Shown in pieces: positions 8,140 through 17,025 of a stretch of 32,257 bases of DNA. Origin of the DNA: a virus. Its lineage: Duplodnaviria > Caudoviricetes. The notes under the pieces were generated by a model. The model was not told where the DNA came from. It did not search any database and worked only from the letters and a program-made list of their open reading frames with translations. A program made the position numbers and the translations under genes. Location of the stretch: the IMG/VR virus record IMGVR_UViG_3300031227_000241, positions 1 to 32,257 of that record; one strand, given 5' to 3'. Position 1 is the first letter of the stretch; every line of letters begins with the position of its first letter.

Positions 8140-9557
8140 ATCTCCTCCAACACAATCTTCGTCCAATTCACGCCAGGAACCTCGCCTACATCTCCCAGGT
8201 CTTGTAGATCAGTGACGCGATACCTTGTGCCTCTTCTAAGGATGATTTCTTTCTCGTTAGCGTACATCCGCAGTGATGCACCATTGATCTCTACTCCTGT
8301 CTTTGACTTAATTTCAAACATTACAGAATTCCCTATTTTCCCCTCATTACAGAATTCCGCAGCGGCACTACGGCTCATCGATGAACTAGAAGACGCATTG
8401 AACACCATTGGCTTCTGGCTGAACGCCGCATCTCTCATAGCGTTTATTGAATCATCGCTAAGATCATGCAGTCCGCGATACACAGTGCCTTTGTAATTTG
8501 GAGCCTTGTCAAGCAATTCGTTGAACTGCTTCACAGATTTCCCAACTTTCTTAGAGATTGCAATTCCAGCTGGCGTTTGCTCGACATCTCGTATTGCCGT
8601 ATATCCGCCCTTCTGCCAGTATGCTAGAACTTCGTTCTCATCCAGTGTCATATTATTCGCCCATTCTTGAGGCGTCATCTCTTTGCTAACTGGTGGTTTC
8701 TTTTTAGGCTTAGGTGCTGAAGGAGCCTTCGGTTTACTGGCTGTCTTCTTAGCCTTAGCTGTTGTCGGTTTCTTTACAGGCTTGCCAGCCTTCAGTTCTT
8801 CAGCGGCATCCTCATCCCCACGCGCCACTCGATAACGTGAACCACACCGGCAACCTGGGAACCGAGGCGGCTGCTCATTCCCACTACTGAACTGCGCGTC
8901 CGCTGGTATCCACTCTTCGGCCTGATTTCTCGCGCAGCCCGTACTGACCTTAGAATCGTTGGATGTCTTCCATGACTTCTCCATGTCGATACCTGCATCC
9001 GTAATCTCGTCAACTAGCTCACGCTGCCCATGCTCGTAGGCTACGGCGTTCTCGTTGATGGCGACCAAGTGCGCCCTAGACTGGATGTGCTCCTGAGGCT
9101 TGCCAATAGCGAACTCGCTGAATCGCTTGGAGATCTGCTTGGCAACCGTATCGTAATCCTTGCCCTCTTCGATACCCTTGCTGACCATGTTGCGGATAGT
9201 CTCTTTGGTCGTATCGTTGACCTCTGTAACCGCCTCAGCCGCTCGCTCCTTAGCCCACGCGGTTGCCTTGGGATCATCCAGCGCGAACGCCTTCTGCATT
9301 GACAGCTCGTCGGCTAGATCGTCCCATCCAGCTTCTACACCATCGCGCAGCCCATCAACTATGAACCGCTCGCCGTCGTTGATCGTCGTCTTGAACGCGC
9401 CATCAAGGATCGAGTCTATGTCGCTTACCGCGGACTCTTGGAAGTACTTCTTCAGCGATGGGAGCTTCTTCGCAACTAGCCTGCCCTGCCAGCTAAACCA
9501 CTTGGCGACGTTCTTCTCTAGCCGGTCAACATCTCGCTTCCTTTCCAAAGCAGACAC
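8136..9557 (-). CDS. MuF (SPP1 gp7/Mu gpF-like) head protein with C-terminal R-S-E ADP-ribosyltransferase domain
   Basis: MuF: SRAHLVAINE, KSW, C..N...WIP...F.SG...PPRFPGCRC; K/P/A-rich linker; ART: TVYRG, SSSS, NEKEIIL..GTRYRV. Confidence 0.88.
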   Translation of the reverse strand: MSALERKRDVDRLEKNVAKWFSWQGRLVAKKLPSLKKYFQESAVSDIDSILDGAFKTTINDGERFIVDGLRDGVEAGWDDLADELSMQKAFALDDPKATAWAKERAAEAVTEVNDTTKETIRNMVSKGIEEGKDYDTVAKQISKRFSEFAIGKPQEHIQSRAHLVAINENAVAYEHGQRELVDEITDAGIDMEKSWKTSNDSKVSTGCARNQAEEWIPADAQFSSGNEQPPRFPGCRCGSRYRVARGDEDAAEELKAGKPVKKPTTAKAKKTASKPKAPSAPKPKKKPPVSKEMTPQEWANNMTLDENEVLAYWQKGGYTAIRDVEQTPAGIAISKKVGKSVKQFNELLDKAPNYKGTVYRGLHDLSDDSINAMRDAAFSQKPMVFNASSSSSMSRSAAAEFCNEGKIGNSVMFEIKSKTGVEINGASLRMYANEKEIILRRGTRYRVTDLQDLGDVGEVPGVNWTKIVLEEI

Positions 9558-9609
9558 GGCCTCAAGTAGAGAGACCGCGCAACTTGAAACTCTGGCGAGA
9601 CATCCGGTG

Positions 9610-9828
9610 CTAGTCAGGTTGCATCATAGGTTCCTTCTCATCAGCTTCCTTGCTTGCCTTAGCCTCGACCGTCGCGTGGTACTCTACCATCATGGATTTC
9701 TTACACCACTGGCAAGTGTGTCTCTGCGCACGAGTATATGAGTCTGGTTCATGTACGATTACTTCAAGCGCCTTATCGCAATAAGGGCACGTAACAACAG
9801 CACTCGCATTCCAATTACTCATCGTCAA
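9610..9828 (-). CDS. Small zinc-ribbon protein
   Basis: CPYC...CQWC. Confidence 0.65.
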   Translation of the reverse strand: MTMSNWNASAVVTCPYCDKALEVIVHEPDSYTRAQRHTCQWCKKSMMVEYHATVEAKASKEADEKEPMMQPD

Positions 9829-10084
9829 CCTCCTTGCTCTCTTCCAGGCTAATGATCCGCGCCGACATCAAATCCATCTGCTCGCTCATTCCCTTCTCAG
9901 TCGCCGCGTCTTGCGCCAACTCTTCAGACATCGGACCGAACACCGTCAGCAGAAGGGCTATCTGTCGCGTCTCTTCGCCTATCGCTTCTATACGTTCAAT
10001 GGCGCTCAGCTTCTCAATGGCGAGATTGCCGAGTCGTTCCTTGAGTGCCTTGGTCTTGGTTTCGAGACTCTGTTGCGCGATCAT
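9815..10084 (-). CDS. Coiled-coil hypothetical protein
   Basis: 89 aa helical ORF overlapping both neighbours. Confidence 0.6.
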   Translation of the reverse strand: MIAQQSLETKTKALKERLGNLAIEKLSAIERIEAIGEETRQIALLLTVFGPMSEELAQDAATEKGMSEQMDLMSARIISLEESKEVDDE

Positions 10085-10230
10085 GGTTGGTCCTTGCTAT
10101 CTTCACTTACGTAAGGGCAACTCAGCTTCCAACTGCCATGCACGCCCTTGGCACACTCTTCACACGAGTATCTCTTGCCGCCGATCCAGCAATGGTCGCT
10201 AGTTGATTCCTTGCCATCTTTATGCTTCAT
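10081..10230 (-). CDS. 49 aa Cys-rich protein
   Basis: MKHKDGKESTSDHCWIGGKRYSCEECAKGVHGSWKLSCPYVSEDSKDQP; AAGGAGG upstream; overlaps the portal stop and the next ATG. Confidence 0.5.
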   Translation of the reverse strand: MKHKDGKESTSDHCWIGGKRYSCEECAKGVHGSWKLSCPYVSEDSKDQP

Positions 10231-11887
10231 CTCCAGCCTCCTTGCTTGCTACCTTGAATGCTTCCTTGAACGTCTCAACGAGTTCCTTCACGATCTCTTC
10301 ACGGTCCACGCCCCGCGTCTCTGACAGCGCCTCAATCGCCTGTTGCAGATCGTTGACCGCGCCAGCTACAGCCTTGGCCTCAGGTTCCTCGCCCTCAGGA
10401 AACAGCTTCTTCATAACCTCTTCGATGGATGTCTCACCAAGCACCCTCAGCAGGCGTTCGGTCGTGTACTCCGCGTCAATCGTCCCAGCCAACGGACTAC
10501 CGTTGAGCGTCGCCGCCGAAACGATGGCATCAACCTGAGCCTTCTGGTCATCCTCAACCAGCGATGGGAAGTCAATACTTACTGACGTGTCAATCGGCTT
10601 GCCCTTCAGGTCGGCGTCTTCGTTCTCAGTATCATCGGCGTAGACAAAGTGCTGCTCTTCCCAGGCGTCTTCTTCCCATTCGCCCGTCAGATTGCCCTTG
10701 ATCGCCGGATCATCGCTACGGTATCCCACATCCGCCTTCGTCTGAATGACGAACTCGCAGATGTCTTCCCAGATGCTCTCCCACAGGAGCTGCCTAAGCG
10801 AGAAGGATAGCTCTGTAGGTCGATTCAACGAACGAGCGGTCGCCAATGTGCCTACTGAGACATCGCCGTAGAAGGTCTCAGGCAGGCCCGTGGCCGCGCA
10901 GACCATCAGTAACAACCGCCGTCCGTCTTCCGCCGAAGTCGTAGCACCCGCTGTACGCATCGGCGTCATCTTTGTATCCGCATCGCTGATGAAGACTGAA
11001 CCAGCAGCAGGCGCTGGCTTGTATTGGTCGCTCGATAGATTCGAGTCTAGTTTCGCCTTAGCCGCAATTCGCCCCGCCGATCCAGTCTTCTTCACCATCG
11101 CCCAAGCGAACTTGGCATAGGATCGAACGATAGTAGCCCAGTCGGTTAGGAATCGGTTGTATGCTCGCGCCCAGTCTTGGGCAGCATATAGCTCTGAAGT
11201 ACCGAACTTCTGATCTAGCGCAGCGTTGACCTTGACGTGCATCATCGGCTTGTCCCAGTTCACAGGCTTGCCATCAATCATGTCAAGCTCATCGTCTGGG
11301 TGATAGCACCAATCGGGGTAATACTCCTTTCGGATAGTATTGAAACGCCCTAGTGTATCGCGTGTTTGCGACCACTGGCGCTCATAGTACCAAGCCTCGT
11401 AGCGGTCATCTGGGTTCGTCTTGATGTCCTGAATCTCACTGAACGGGACCATGCTGAGCCTCGTGTCTCCATCCTTGTTGCTGAAGAACACGGGGAATAG
11501 GTTAGCGTCGATGGCGAGATCCTTGTCCGCCTTAACCATCGACAGGATGTTGGTGAGAGCCTTGCGATTCTTCCTATCAGCTAAGAACGCTTGCACAACC
11601 TCATCAACTACTGGGTGATTAGCCTTGATTGTGACGCCATTGCCGAACACGTAGTTGGCCTGAGTCTTGGCAGCGCGACCGATCAGAGGGTTCTTGAGGT
11701 AGAAGAGTAGAGACTCTTTGCATATCTTGCGAAGTGCTGGCCGCGTGAACTCAGTGTCGGACCCACCGGATAGCTTATCCCAGCCACGGTCCTCTAGTTC
11801 AAGCTCCAGCTCAGCTAGACGTTCCTGGTAGTTGTCACGCATCACACGGACGTCTTCGCTCAACGATGCAACAGTGGGTTTGGCCAT
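10220..11887 (-). CDS. Portal protein
   Basis: 555 aa; YLKNPLIGRA..QANYVFGNG, KFGTSEL, ATGLPETFYGD..GTLATA; between TerL and MuF. Confidence 0.88.
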   Translation of the reverse strand: MAKPTVASLSEDVRVMRDNYQERLAELELELEDRGWDKLSGGSDTEFTRPALRKICKESLLFYLKNPLIGRAAKTQANYVFGNGVTIKANHPVVDEVVQAFLADRKNRKALTNILSMVKADKDLAIDANLFPVFFSNKDGDTRLSMVPFSEIQDIKTNPDDRYEAWYYERQWSQTRDTLGRFNTIRKEYYPDWCYHPDDELDMIDGKPVNWDKPMMHVKVNAALDQKFGTSELYAAQDWARAYNRFLTDWATIVRSYAKFAWAMVKKTGSAGRIAAKAKLDSNLSSDQYKPAPAAGSVFISDADTKMTPMRTAGATTSAEDGRRLLLMVCAATGLPETFYGDVSVGTLATARSLNRPTELSFSLRQLLWESIWEDICEFVIQTKADVGYRSDDPAIKGNLTGEWEEDAWEEQHFVYADDTENEDADLKGKPIDTSVSIDFPSLVEDDQKAQVDAIVSAATLNGSPLAGTIDAEYTTERLLRVLGETSIEEVMKKLFPEGEEPEAKAVAGAVNDLQQAIEALSETRGVDREEIVKELVETFKEAFKVASKEAGDEA

Positions 11888-11908
11888 AGCGATCTCCCTG
11901 TCACCCTC

Positions 11909-11939
11909 TATTTATAGCACACTTGCGGCTGTTGTGCAA
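11909..11939 (-). promoter_or_regulatory. Promoter for the portal/head operon
   Basis: TTGCAC-17 nt-TATAAA with TGn extension (TGCTATAAATA), about 25 nt before the portal ATG. Confidence 0.55.
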
Positions 11940-11949
11940 ACCAGGGGCG

Positions 11950-12324
11950 TTACTGTCCGTATGGTGTTGCATCCAAGACAGCCATCAACTCGTTCGCAAG
12001 CTCGACAGACTTTCGCACTGAACTTGCATCCTCAATCGAAAGATTCGCAATTGATTTGACATAGCTTCTAGCTGTTGCAATCACTTGGTTCGCGTCCTTA
12101 GTCCATTCGCTAAACGGTATCATGTACTTCATCATCATCGGCTCCCTATATCTGCGCACTTGCCCGGTGGCTCTGTTGTCACGAAACGCCCTGAACTGTG
12201 GCCGGCCATCTTCTATGCGGAAGTCCATCTTGTGAACCAACCCGCAATCGCAGCACGATAGCTTGTATCCTTCCATCACTGGCTGTACCCATTCGCCTTC
12301 ATCCGGCTGTTCGTATCTCATCAC
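11950..12324 (-). CDS. Hypothetical protein with CCDC..H motif
   Basis: EWVQP...CCDCGLVH; GGAGGCGTGATG start. Confidence 0.65.
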   Translation of the reverse strand: MMRYEQPDEGEWVQPVMEGYKLSCCDCGLVHKMDFRIEDGRPQFRAFRDNRATGQVRRYREPMMMKYMIPFSEWTKDANQVIATARSYVKSIANLSIEDASSVRKSVELANELMAVLDATPYGQ

Positions 12325-12329
12325 GCCTC

Positions 12330-12614
12330 CTATTCACTCTCCACAGCGAACTCACGAATCATACGGCGCTCTCGTTGCACTCTCAGCACCTCTTTCCGCT
12401 TGTCTCTGAACTTCTTCGTCTCGCGGATGTTCTGGATCTCCGCGCGGTTGATGCCGTGTACGGCTTCGGCAAGATTATTATGCGAGCTGTGCTTCTCTTT
12501 CAGTTCCTTACGCTTCCAACGCATGATGAACGCGGATGTATCGCGGCCTGGCTTGGGCTGCTCTTTGTCGAACGCGTCGATCATGTCGGATAGGGTAACG
12601 ATGCGGTGCGTCAT
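12330..12614 (-). CDS. Basic hypothetical protein
   Basis: Start re-placed at MTHRIV (ATGA overlap). Confidence 0.55.
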   Translation of the reverse strand: MTHRIVTLSDMIDAFDKEQPKPGRDTSAFIMRWKRKELKEKHSSHNNLAEAVHGINRAEIQNIRETKKFRDKRKEVLRVQRERRMIREFAVESE

Positions 12615-13039
12615 TCTGTCTCCATCGCTAGGACGAAGGCGCGGGTAATGGCGCGCCCAGACGTTACCCCCATTTGTTCGTCTCCTCTGCACGGCTCATA
12701 GAGTCCATACGTTCTCGATGAGCCTCTGATGTGCCTGATGTATTCTACACCACAACCGCCAAATCCTGGCCCAATCCTGTGGAGATAGAGATATTTGTCC
12801 GGGAACCACAACTCAACAGTCGCAGCGATGTCGTTTGGGTAGTCTGGCAATTCGTAGAGACAGTCTTCTCGTTCTCCCCTTGCGTCAACCCATCCATCTG
12901 GAGGCCTCCCGCACGGGCCTCTATCGTCATGCCCGGTGATATCGCTAGTCTCACAGTAGTATATCCACCCCATCAACTCAGCCGCCTTGATTCTCAACTC
13001 AACGTCAGGCATCTCCATCACGTCATCTCGCGTCATCAT
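12611..13039 (-). CDS. Phage hypothetical protein, possibly ABA-sandwich-like
   Basis: AELMGW...LPDYPNDIAA...AITRAFVLA pattern. Confidence 0.5.
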   Translation of the reverse strand: MMTRDDVMEMPDVELRIKAAELMGWIYYCETSDITGHDDRGPCGRPPDGWVDARGEREDCLYELPDYPNDIAATVELWFPDKYLYLHRIGPGFGGCGVEYIRHIRGSSRTYGLYEPCRGDEQMGVTSGRAITRAFVLAMETE

Positions 13040-13240
13040 CTACCCCCCGCAGCACTTCTTGTACTTCTTACCTGACCCACACGGGCACGGATCGTTGCGC
13101 CCCACATCCTTCGCGCCTTTGTAGTTGGCTGCGTGAATGAACCGCCCCAGCATCCCGCCTGATAGCTTGCTTCTGAACCGCTTTGACATGCCTTTCGGCT
13201 TCTGCATCGTCGGTCGGTTGCTTCCTGGTCGGCTACTCAT
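13040..13240 (-). CDS. Small basic protein with C-terminal SEC-C metal-binding motif
   Basis: [20 protein letters not shown]; start MSSRPG after GGAGAGG. Confidence 0.8.
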   Translation of the reverse strand: MSSRPGSNRPTMQKPKGMSKRFRSKLSGGMLGRFIHAANYKGAKDVGRNDPCPCGSGKKYKKCCGG

Positions 13241-13479
13241 ACAATCACCTCTCCCCAGCCCAGCCGCGCCCTCATATCGTCGTTGATCTCCACGTATTGA
13301 GGCATCTCTATGACGGGCCGCCATTCACCTGTTGCCCAATCAAGCAACCACTCTGCAAACATTGTACCTGGCCCTGGATAAGCCCGCTTGCGAACGCATA
13401 TAAGTTCTTTCGTTCCGGGGATCGTCTTCCCTGATTCGTCAACATCCACTTTATAAACTGGCGTAACTTCAACTCTCAT
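13237..13479 (-). CDS. Hypothetical protein
   Basis: 80 aa; GGAGG RBS; overlapped ends. Confidence 0.6.
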   Translation of the reverse strand: MRVEVTPVYKVDVDESGKTIPGTKELICVRKRAYPGPGTMFAEWLLDWATGEWRPVIEMPQYVEINDDMRARLGWGEVIV

Positions 13480-13694
13480 CCTCTACCTCCTCCCACACAT
13501 TTCCTGCACAACGCCCTCCACTTGTAGCCAGTGAAGGCTAGGCCACACGACCTACACCGATTGTAGGATGTAGATGATTTGCGTATTAAATCGTGAGGCC
13601 AGTCTCGGAGTGTCCTATCATCCACCTCAGCTTGCCGCTCCATTTGGGTCAACGCATTGTCTAGATTCTCAGCCGTGAGTGCCACTTTGACCAC
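13476..13694 (-). CDS. Small zinc-finger protein
   Basis: CRSC...CRKC. Confidence 0.55.
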   Translation of the reverse strand: MVKVALTAENLDNALTQMERQAEVDDRTLRDWPHDLIRKSSTSYNRCRSCGLAFTGYKWRALCRKCVGGGRG

Positions 13695-13863
13695 CGGATA
13701 CCTCCTCGTCCTTCCATATCTGCGTCCACTCGCGCATCTCAGTCACTGGGAACACCTTGAACTGAAAGCTCGGTCCATCCGCAGTGTTGAACGGACCACG
13801 GACATACAGCAGCATCGTTCCATCCTTGGACGTTACCTTGGCGTCGAATTGGAGCTGGGGCAT
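13669..13863 (-). CDS. Hypothetical protein
   Basis: 64 aa; AAGGAG RBS. Confidence 0.55.
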   Translation of the reverse strand: MPQLQFDAKVTSKDGTMLLYVRGPFNTADGPSFQFKVFPVTEMREWTQIWKDEEVSGGQSGTHG

Positions 13864-13872
13864 CGTGCTCCT

Positions 13873-13980
13873 TTACTTCAGAACTAGACAAGCTATGTGT
13901 GCTGCAACAACCGCTGTCGCTATCGCCGTTACTATGGCAGATATGGTAGCTACCTTGACGTCGTGCATGTCTATCTTCAT
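13873..13980 (-). CDS. 35 aa single-TM peptide
   Basis: MKIDMHDVKVATISAIVTAIATAVVAAHIACLVLK; AAGGAGGCGCG-ATG. Confidence 0.55.
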   Translation of the reverse strand: MKIDMHDVKVATISAIVTAIATAVVAAHIACLVLK

Positions 13981-14023
13981 CGCGCCTCCTTATGCTCAGT
14001 ACTTTATAAGCGTGCGCACCCTC

Positions 14024-14052
14024 ATTTTATCGCATGGATACGACGTTCGCAA
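14024..14052 (-). promoter_or_regulatory. Sigma70-type promoter
   Basis: TTGCGA-17 nt-TAAAAT in the intergenic gap. Confidence 0.5.
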
Positions 14053-14077
14053 CTTCGTGTGTTTTGCCGGATGCGCG

Positions 14078-14296
14078 TCAGAAAAATACGACATCATCCA
14101 TGTTTAAGGGACGGCGGATACCAGGACCACACCGCGTATGTATTCCACTCAGCCGTGTTAGCCTTGCGACCTCAGCCTCTAACTCCTCAATGCGACGGAT
14201 AGCTGCCTCAGCCGAACACTCGCCATCGCAAATGAACGGGTTAGTGAATCTGTTTAGCTGTTGAACCTGGCTTGCGTCAAGACTCTTCGTTGACAT
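14078..14296 (-). CDS. Hypothetical protein
   Basis: GGAGGTG RBS right after the TerL stop. Confidence 0.5.
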   Translation of the reverse strand: MSTKSLDASQVQQLNRFTNPFICDGECSAEAAIRRIEELEAEVARLTRLSGIHTRCGPGIRRPLNMDDVVFF

Positions 14297-14308
14297 AGCA
14301 ATCACCTC

Positions 14309-15583
14309 CTAGTACGGACTGATCTCCTCTCCGAGATCCACTTCCATCGTGCCGCGTTCCTCTAGCGGTGCGCTTTCTAGCGTGTGCGCCCCGTAGCGTG
14401 CGCAATCTGGGAGGTCGTCATACTTCTTAATCGGATTCTCTGCGCCTTCCACTATCTTGCCCGTCACTGGGTCGGTCGGCCAGCGGTACTTTGCCATCTG
14501 ATCCATGAACACAGGCGCGCGTCCGCGCATCACCTTAAACCGTCCTGTCTTGATAAGACCTGTTAGTGTGATGATCCCTGGCCTAACTGGGTTCATTGCC
14601 TTGTAGAATGGCCCACAGCCATGAGCAGCTAGGTTCACTACGTCAGTCAATCGGGCGGGATCATATATCCATCCTTGGTTCAACCCCTCTTGAAGATCAA
14701 GCATACCATCTGCGTAATCTTCCGCTGACTGCACAACCTCGTTGTAGTATTCATGGTAGACGTAGTAGACGCCATGATTCCATGCGAACATGAGCGCCCC
14801 GTAACGCACAGCGGGATCAACCATCGTGTACGTCGGCCAGTCCTCAGGTATATCGAACGGCTCAACGTAGCAGCTATCATCGAAGTCTGGATAGACAAGG
14901 CCAAACGGCTTGCGGAACTTGCCCTCCCATCGCATCTCGTATAGCCATGGTGGTAGCGTCCGCTTGGCTCGTTCCATCTCTTCCACAGGGTAGAGCGGAT
15001 TCGCTGTTGACGGGAACTCAAGGATGCAAATGTCTGGGTCGCCCTGCTTCCACGCAACATACAGCGCCTCGTAATACCAGCCCATGTTCGTAGGGTATCC
15101 ACAGAACAGCACAGGCGCTCGATGGAATGCGGTACGGCTCATGATGATAGGCCAGATGAGGGACTTCATCTCGGATGGTTCGTCAAGGATCGCCCCTCTG
15201 ACGTGCTGGCCTTCGATGCGATACGGCTTCTCAGCAGAGCGCAGATAGATGTTTCCGCCAGTCGGTAGCTCATATCGTCGTCCGCTGATGTGGTAATGGC
15301 CTTCAAGGTTAGTGTCTGCGAAGTGTCCAACGATCTCAGGCAACACCATGTCGTTCACCATATCACCAGTGCATCCGATAGCAAGATACCGTGCGCCCTT
15401 TCCATTCCCAGCGGCGGCGTCACGGTTGATGAGATACGCCAACCACACAGGAGCCCAATACGTCTTACCCGCGCCAGTCCCACCAAGCATGACGATGAAT
15501 CGCTTGCCCTCGTCTACAGCGTCCAGCGTGTCCTCTTGGAACCAGTAGGGCGTGATGATCTTCTCAGGCGCGGTTGTTGGCAA
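14309..15583 (-). CDS. terL: Terminase large subunit
   Basis: Walker A GGTGAGKT, Walker B AILDEP, GYPT, nuclease residues MVDPA and DDLPDCARY; likely TTG start after AAGGAG. Confidence 0.93.
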   Translation of the reverse strand: MPTTAPEKIITPYWFQEDTLDAVDEGKRFIVMLGGTGAGKTYWAPVWLAYLINRDAAAGNGKGARYLAIGCTGDMVNDMVLPEIVGHFADTNLEGHYHISGRRYELPTGGNIYLRSAEKPYRIEGQHVRGAILDEPSEMKSLIWPIIMSRTAFHRAPVLFCGYPTNMGWYYEALYVAWKQGDPDICILEFPSTANPLYPVEEMERAKRTLPPWLYEMRWEGKFRKPFGLVYPDFDDSCYVEPFDIPEDWPTYTMVDPAVRYGALMFAWNHGVYYVYHEYYNEVVQSAEDYADGMLDLQEGLNQGWIYDPARLTDVVNLAAHGCGPFYKAMNPVRPGIITLTGLIKTGRFKVMRGRAPVFMDQMAKYRWPTDPVTGKIVEGAENPIKKYDDLPDCARYGAHTLESAPLEERGTMEVDLGEEISPY

Positions 15584-15836
15584 TCGGCTCCTTGCGCTGC
15601 AAGACAATTCGTTCAACCAACGCGACGTTCCGACGGCGTTCAGACTGCGAGATGTTCGGGTTATACTCGCCGCATCCAATCCATGTACCACAGAAGCCGC
15701 ACACCCAGTCATTTACATACCCGTCGAATCCCTCACGGTAAATACCGTCTACCTCTTCATCGCAGAACGGGCAGTAACGTTTCGCCAGTGACCACGGATC
15801 CGAACGGCAGATGTGAATTGTTGGCTGCTTCACCAT
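15564..15836 (-). CDS. Zinc-ribbon protein
   Basis: CPFC...CGFC; start re-placed at MVKQPT. Confidence 0.55.
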   Translation of the reverse strand: MVKQPTIHICRSDPWSLAKRYCPFCDEEVDGIYREGFDGYVNDWVCGFCGTWIGCGEYNPNISQSERRRNVALVERIVLQRKEPIANNRA

Positions 15837-15946
15837 GAGATCTGCCCGAAGACGATCAACTGTATCAGCGAGAATAGGCCGAACACGATAAGGCTCGACG
15901 CCACAAGCGCACCAAGGCAGACTAGCATCGTTCGCCACACCGTCAT
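15830..15946 (-). CDS. 38 aa single-TM peptide
   Basis: MTVWRTMLVCLGALVASSLIVFGLFSLIQLIVFGQISW; ATGA overlap upstream. Confidence 0.55.
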   Translation of the reverse strand: MTVWRTMLVCLGALVASSLIVFGLFSLIQLIVFGQISW

Positions 15947-16428
15947 GATTGCGCATCCTCTGGGATCTCTGCCCATCCTTCAATCGGAGCTGCCTTGCCT
16001 GCAAAGTACGCACGATAAGGAGTGAACCATATCTTATCTCTGGCGTCATATGACCCGAGAACGAACCTCTCGAATGACGTACCCTGCGGCCTCCAACTAT
16101 CGACACGGTCTTGACTGGTCTTCTCTTCTCTCAAGAACAGCGCAACACGCATGGATTCTTCAGGCAACCTCTCCTCAACAGGGATGAAGTCTAGCTTGAC
16201 CTCGATGTGTCCTTGAAGTGGCTCTGCAAACTGAGATTCACCAACCAGTATTCTCTCTGTGACTGGGCCGCATCGACACTGTTCTGGCTCGCGATTTCCG
16301 TCTCCGAGATCAATAGAGCAGATGGTTTCATGTTCTCCATACCTGGCCCCATCGCTCTTAGGGTCGAACACCTCGCCGCACGACTCGCATTGGAAGATCC
16401 TCACTTGACCGGCCTTCATCTCAGTCAT
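15943..16428 (-). CDS. Zn-binding N-terminus plus DUF551-like domain
   Basis: CESC; FIPVEERLPE...W...IEGWAEIP; GGAGG RBS. Confidence 0.55.
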   Translation of the reverse strand: MTEMKAGQVRIFQCESCGEVFDPKSDGARYGEHETICSIDLGDGNREPEQCRCGPVTERILVGESQFAEPLQGHIEVKLDFIPVEERLPEESMRVALFLREEKTSQDRVDSWRPQGTSFERFVLGSYDARDKIWFTPYRAYFAGKAAPIEGWAEIPEDAQS

Positions 16429-16613
16429 CGTCCGCCTCCTCGCTGAACTCTTTCCATCTCCTGCCGATCCACGCATTGAGCATAGAACGCATCTGCCAGC
16501 TTACATTCGCGCTCGTATCTAATCATCGTTCTGATAGTCCCAACGATCACACGCCCAGGCAGGCTCACAATAGCCCACGCTACAGATAGAATGTCAATCA
16601 CTCTCATCTCCAA
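16425..16613 (-). CDS. Small hypothetical membrane-associated protein
   Basis: 62 aa with hydrophobic N-terminus; GGAGG upstream. Confidence 0.45.
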   Translation of the reverse strand: MEMRVIDILSVAWAIVSLPGRVIVGTIRTMIRYERECKLADAFYAQCVDRQEMERVQRGGGR

Positions 16614-17025
16614 CCTCCTTGTCCTTCTTACTGCGCATGATCACCAACGGGCCTTTCACGGTATGCTCGACTTCTGACTTCAGCGGCTGATCGAGTCCAA
16701 GCAACTTAGCTCTGCGGTCCATGATTCTCAGCAATCTATCTACCACAGGGAGTCCGTCGTCTTTATCTGGGCCTAGTTTATCTGATAGTTTCTCCTGCAT
16801 GTGGTCCAATCTGGCGGCCTCAAGCTCGCGCAACTCAGTAACCGGCTCTCGGTTCGCCTCGCCTAACGCACTCATGACTGCCTTGTATGAAGCAGCAGGG
16901 CCAGCGTATCCAAGCGCATCAGCAATTACCTCAAACGTCTTGCCCTTCTTTCTGAGTTCAAGGGCGGCAAGCCATCGCTCGCGTGCCTTCAGTCTGCGCT
17001 TGCTTGTCTTCGACTCACCCGGCAT
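16594..17025 (-). CDS. Probable terminase small subunit (HTH)
   Basis: ALELRKKGKTFEVIADALGY HTH; RLLRIMDRRAKLLGLD; upstream of TerL. Confidence 0.7.
   Translation of the reverse strand: MPGESKTSKRRLKARERWLAALELRKKGKTFEVIADALGYAGPAASYKAVMSALGEANREPVTELRELEAARLDHMQEKLSDKLGPDKDDGLPVVDRLLRIMDRRAKLLGLDQPLKSEVEHTVKGPLVIMRSKKDKEVGDESD

Noticed and set aside
10106-10115. Second copy of the palindrome CTTACGTAAG
   Set aside because: It lies within a probable small CDS with no promoter nearby, so it may be chance; only the 28353 copy is well placed
15584-16106. Long N-terminal extensions of TerL (to 15712) and of ORF 15564-16106
   Set aside because: They overlap better small ORFs; SD or overlap-supported starts lie at 15583 and 15836
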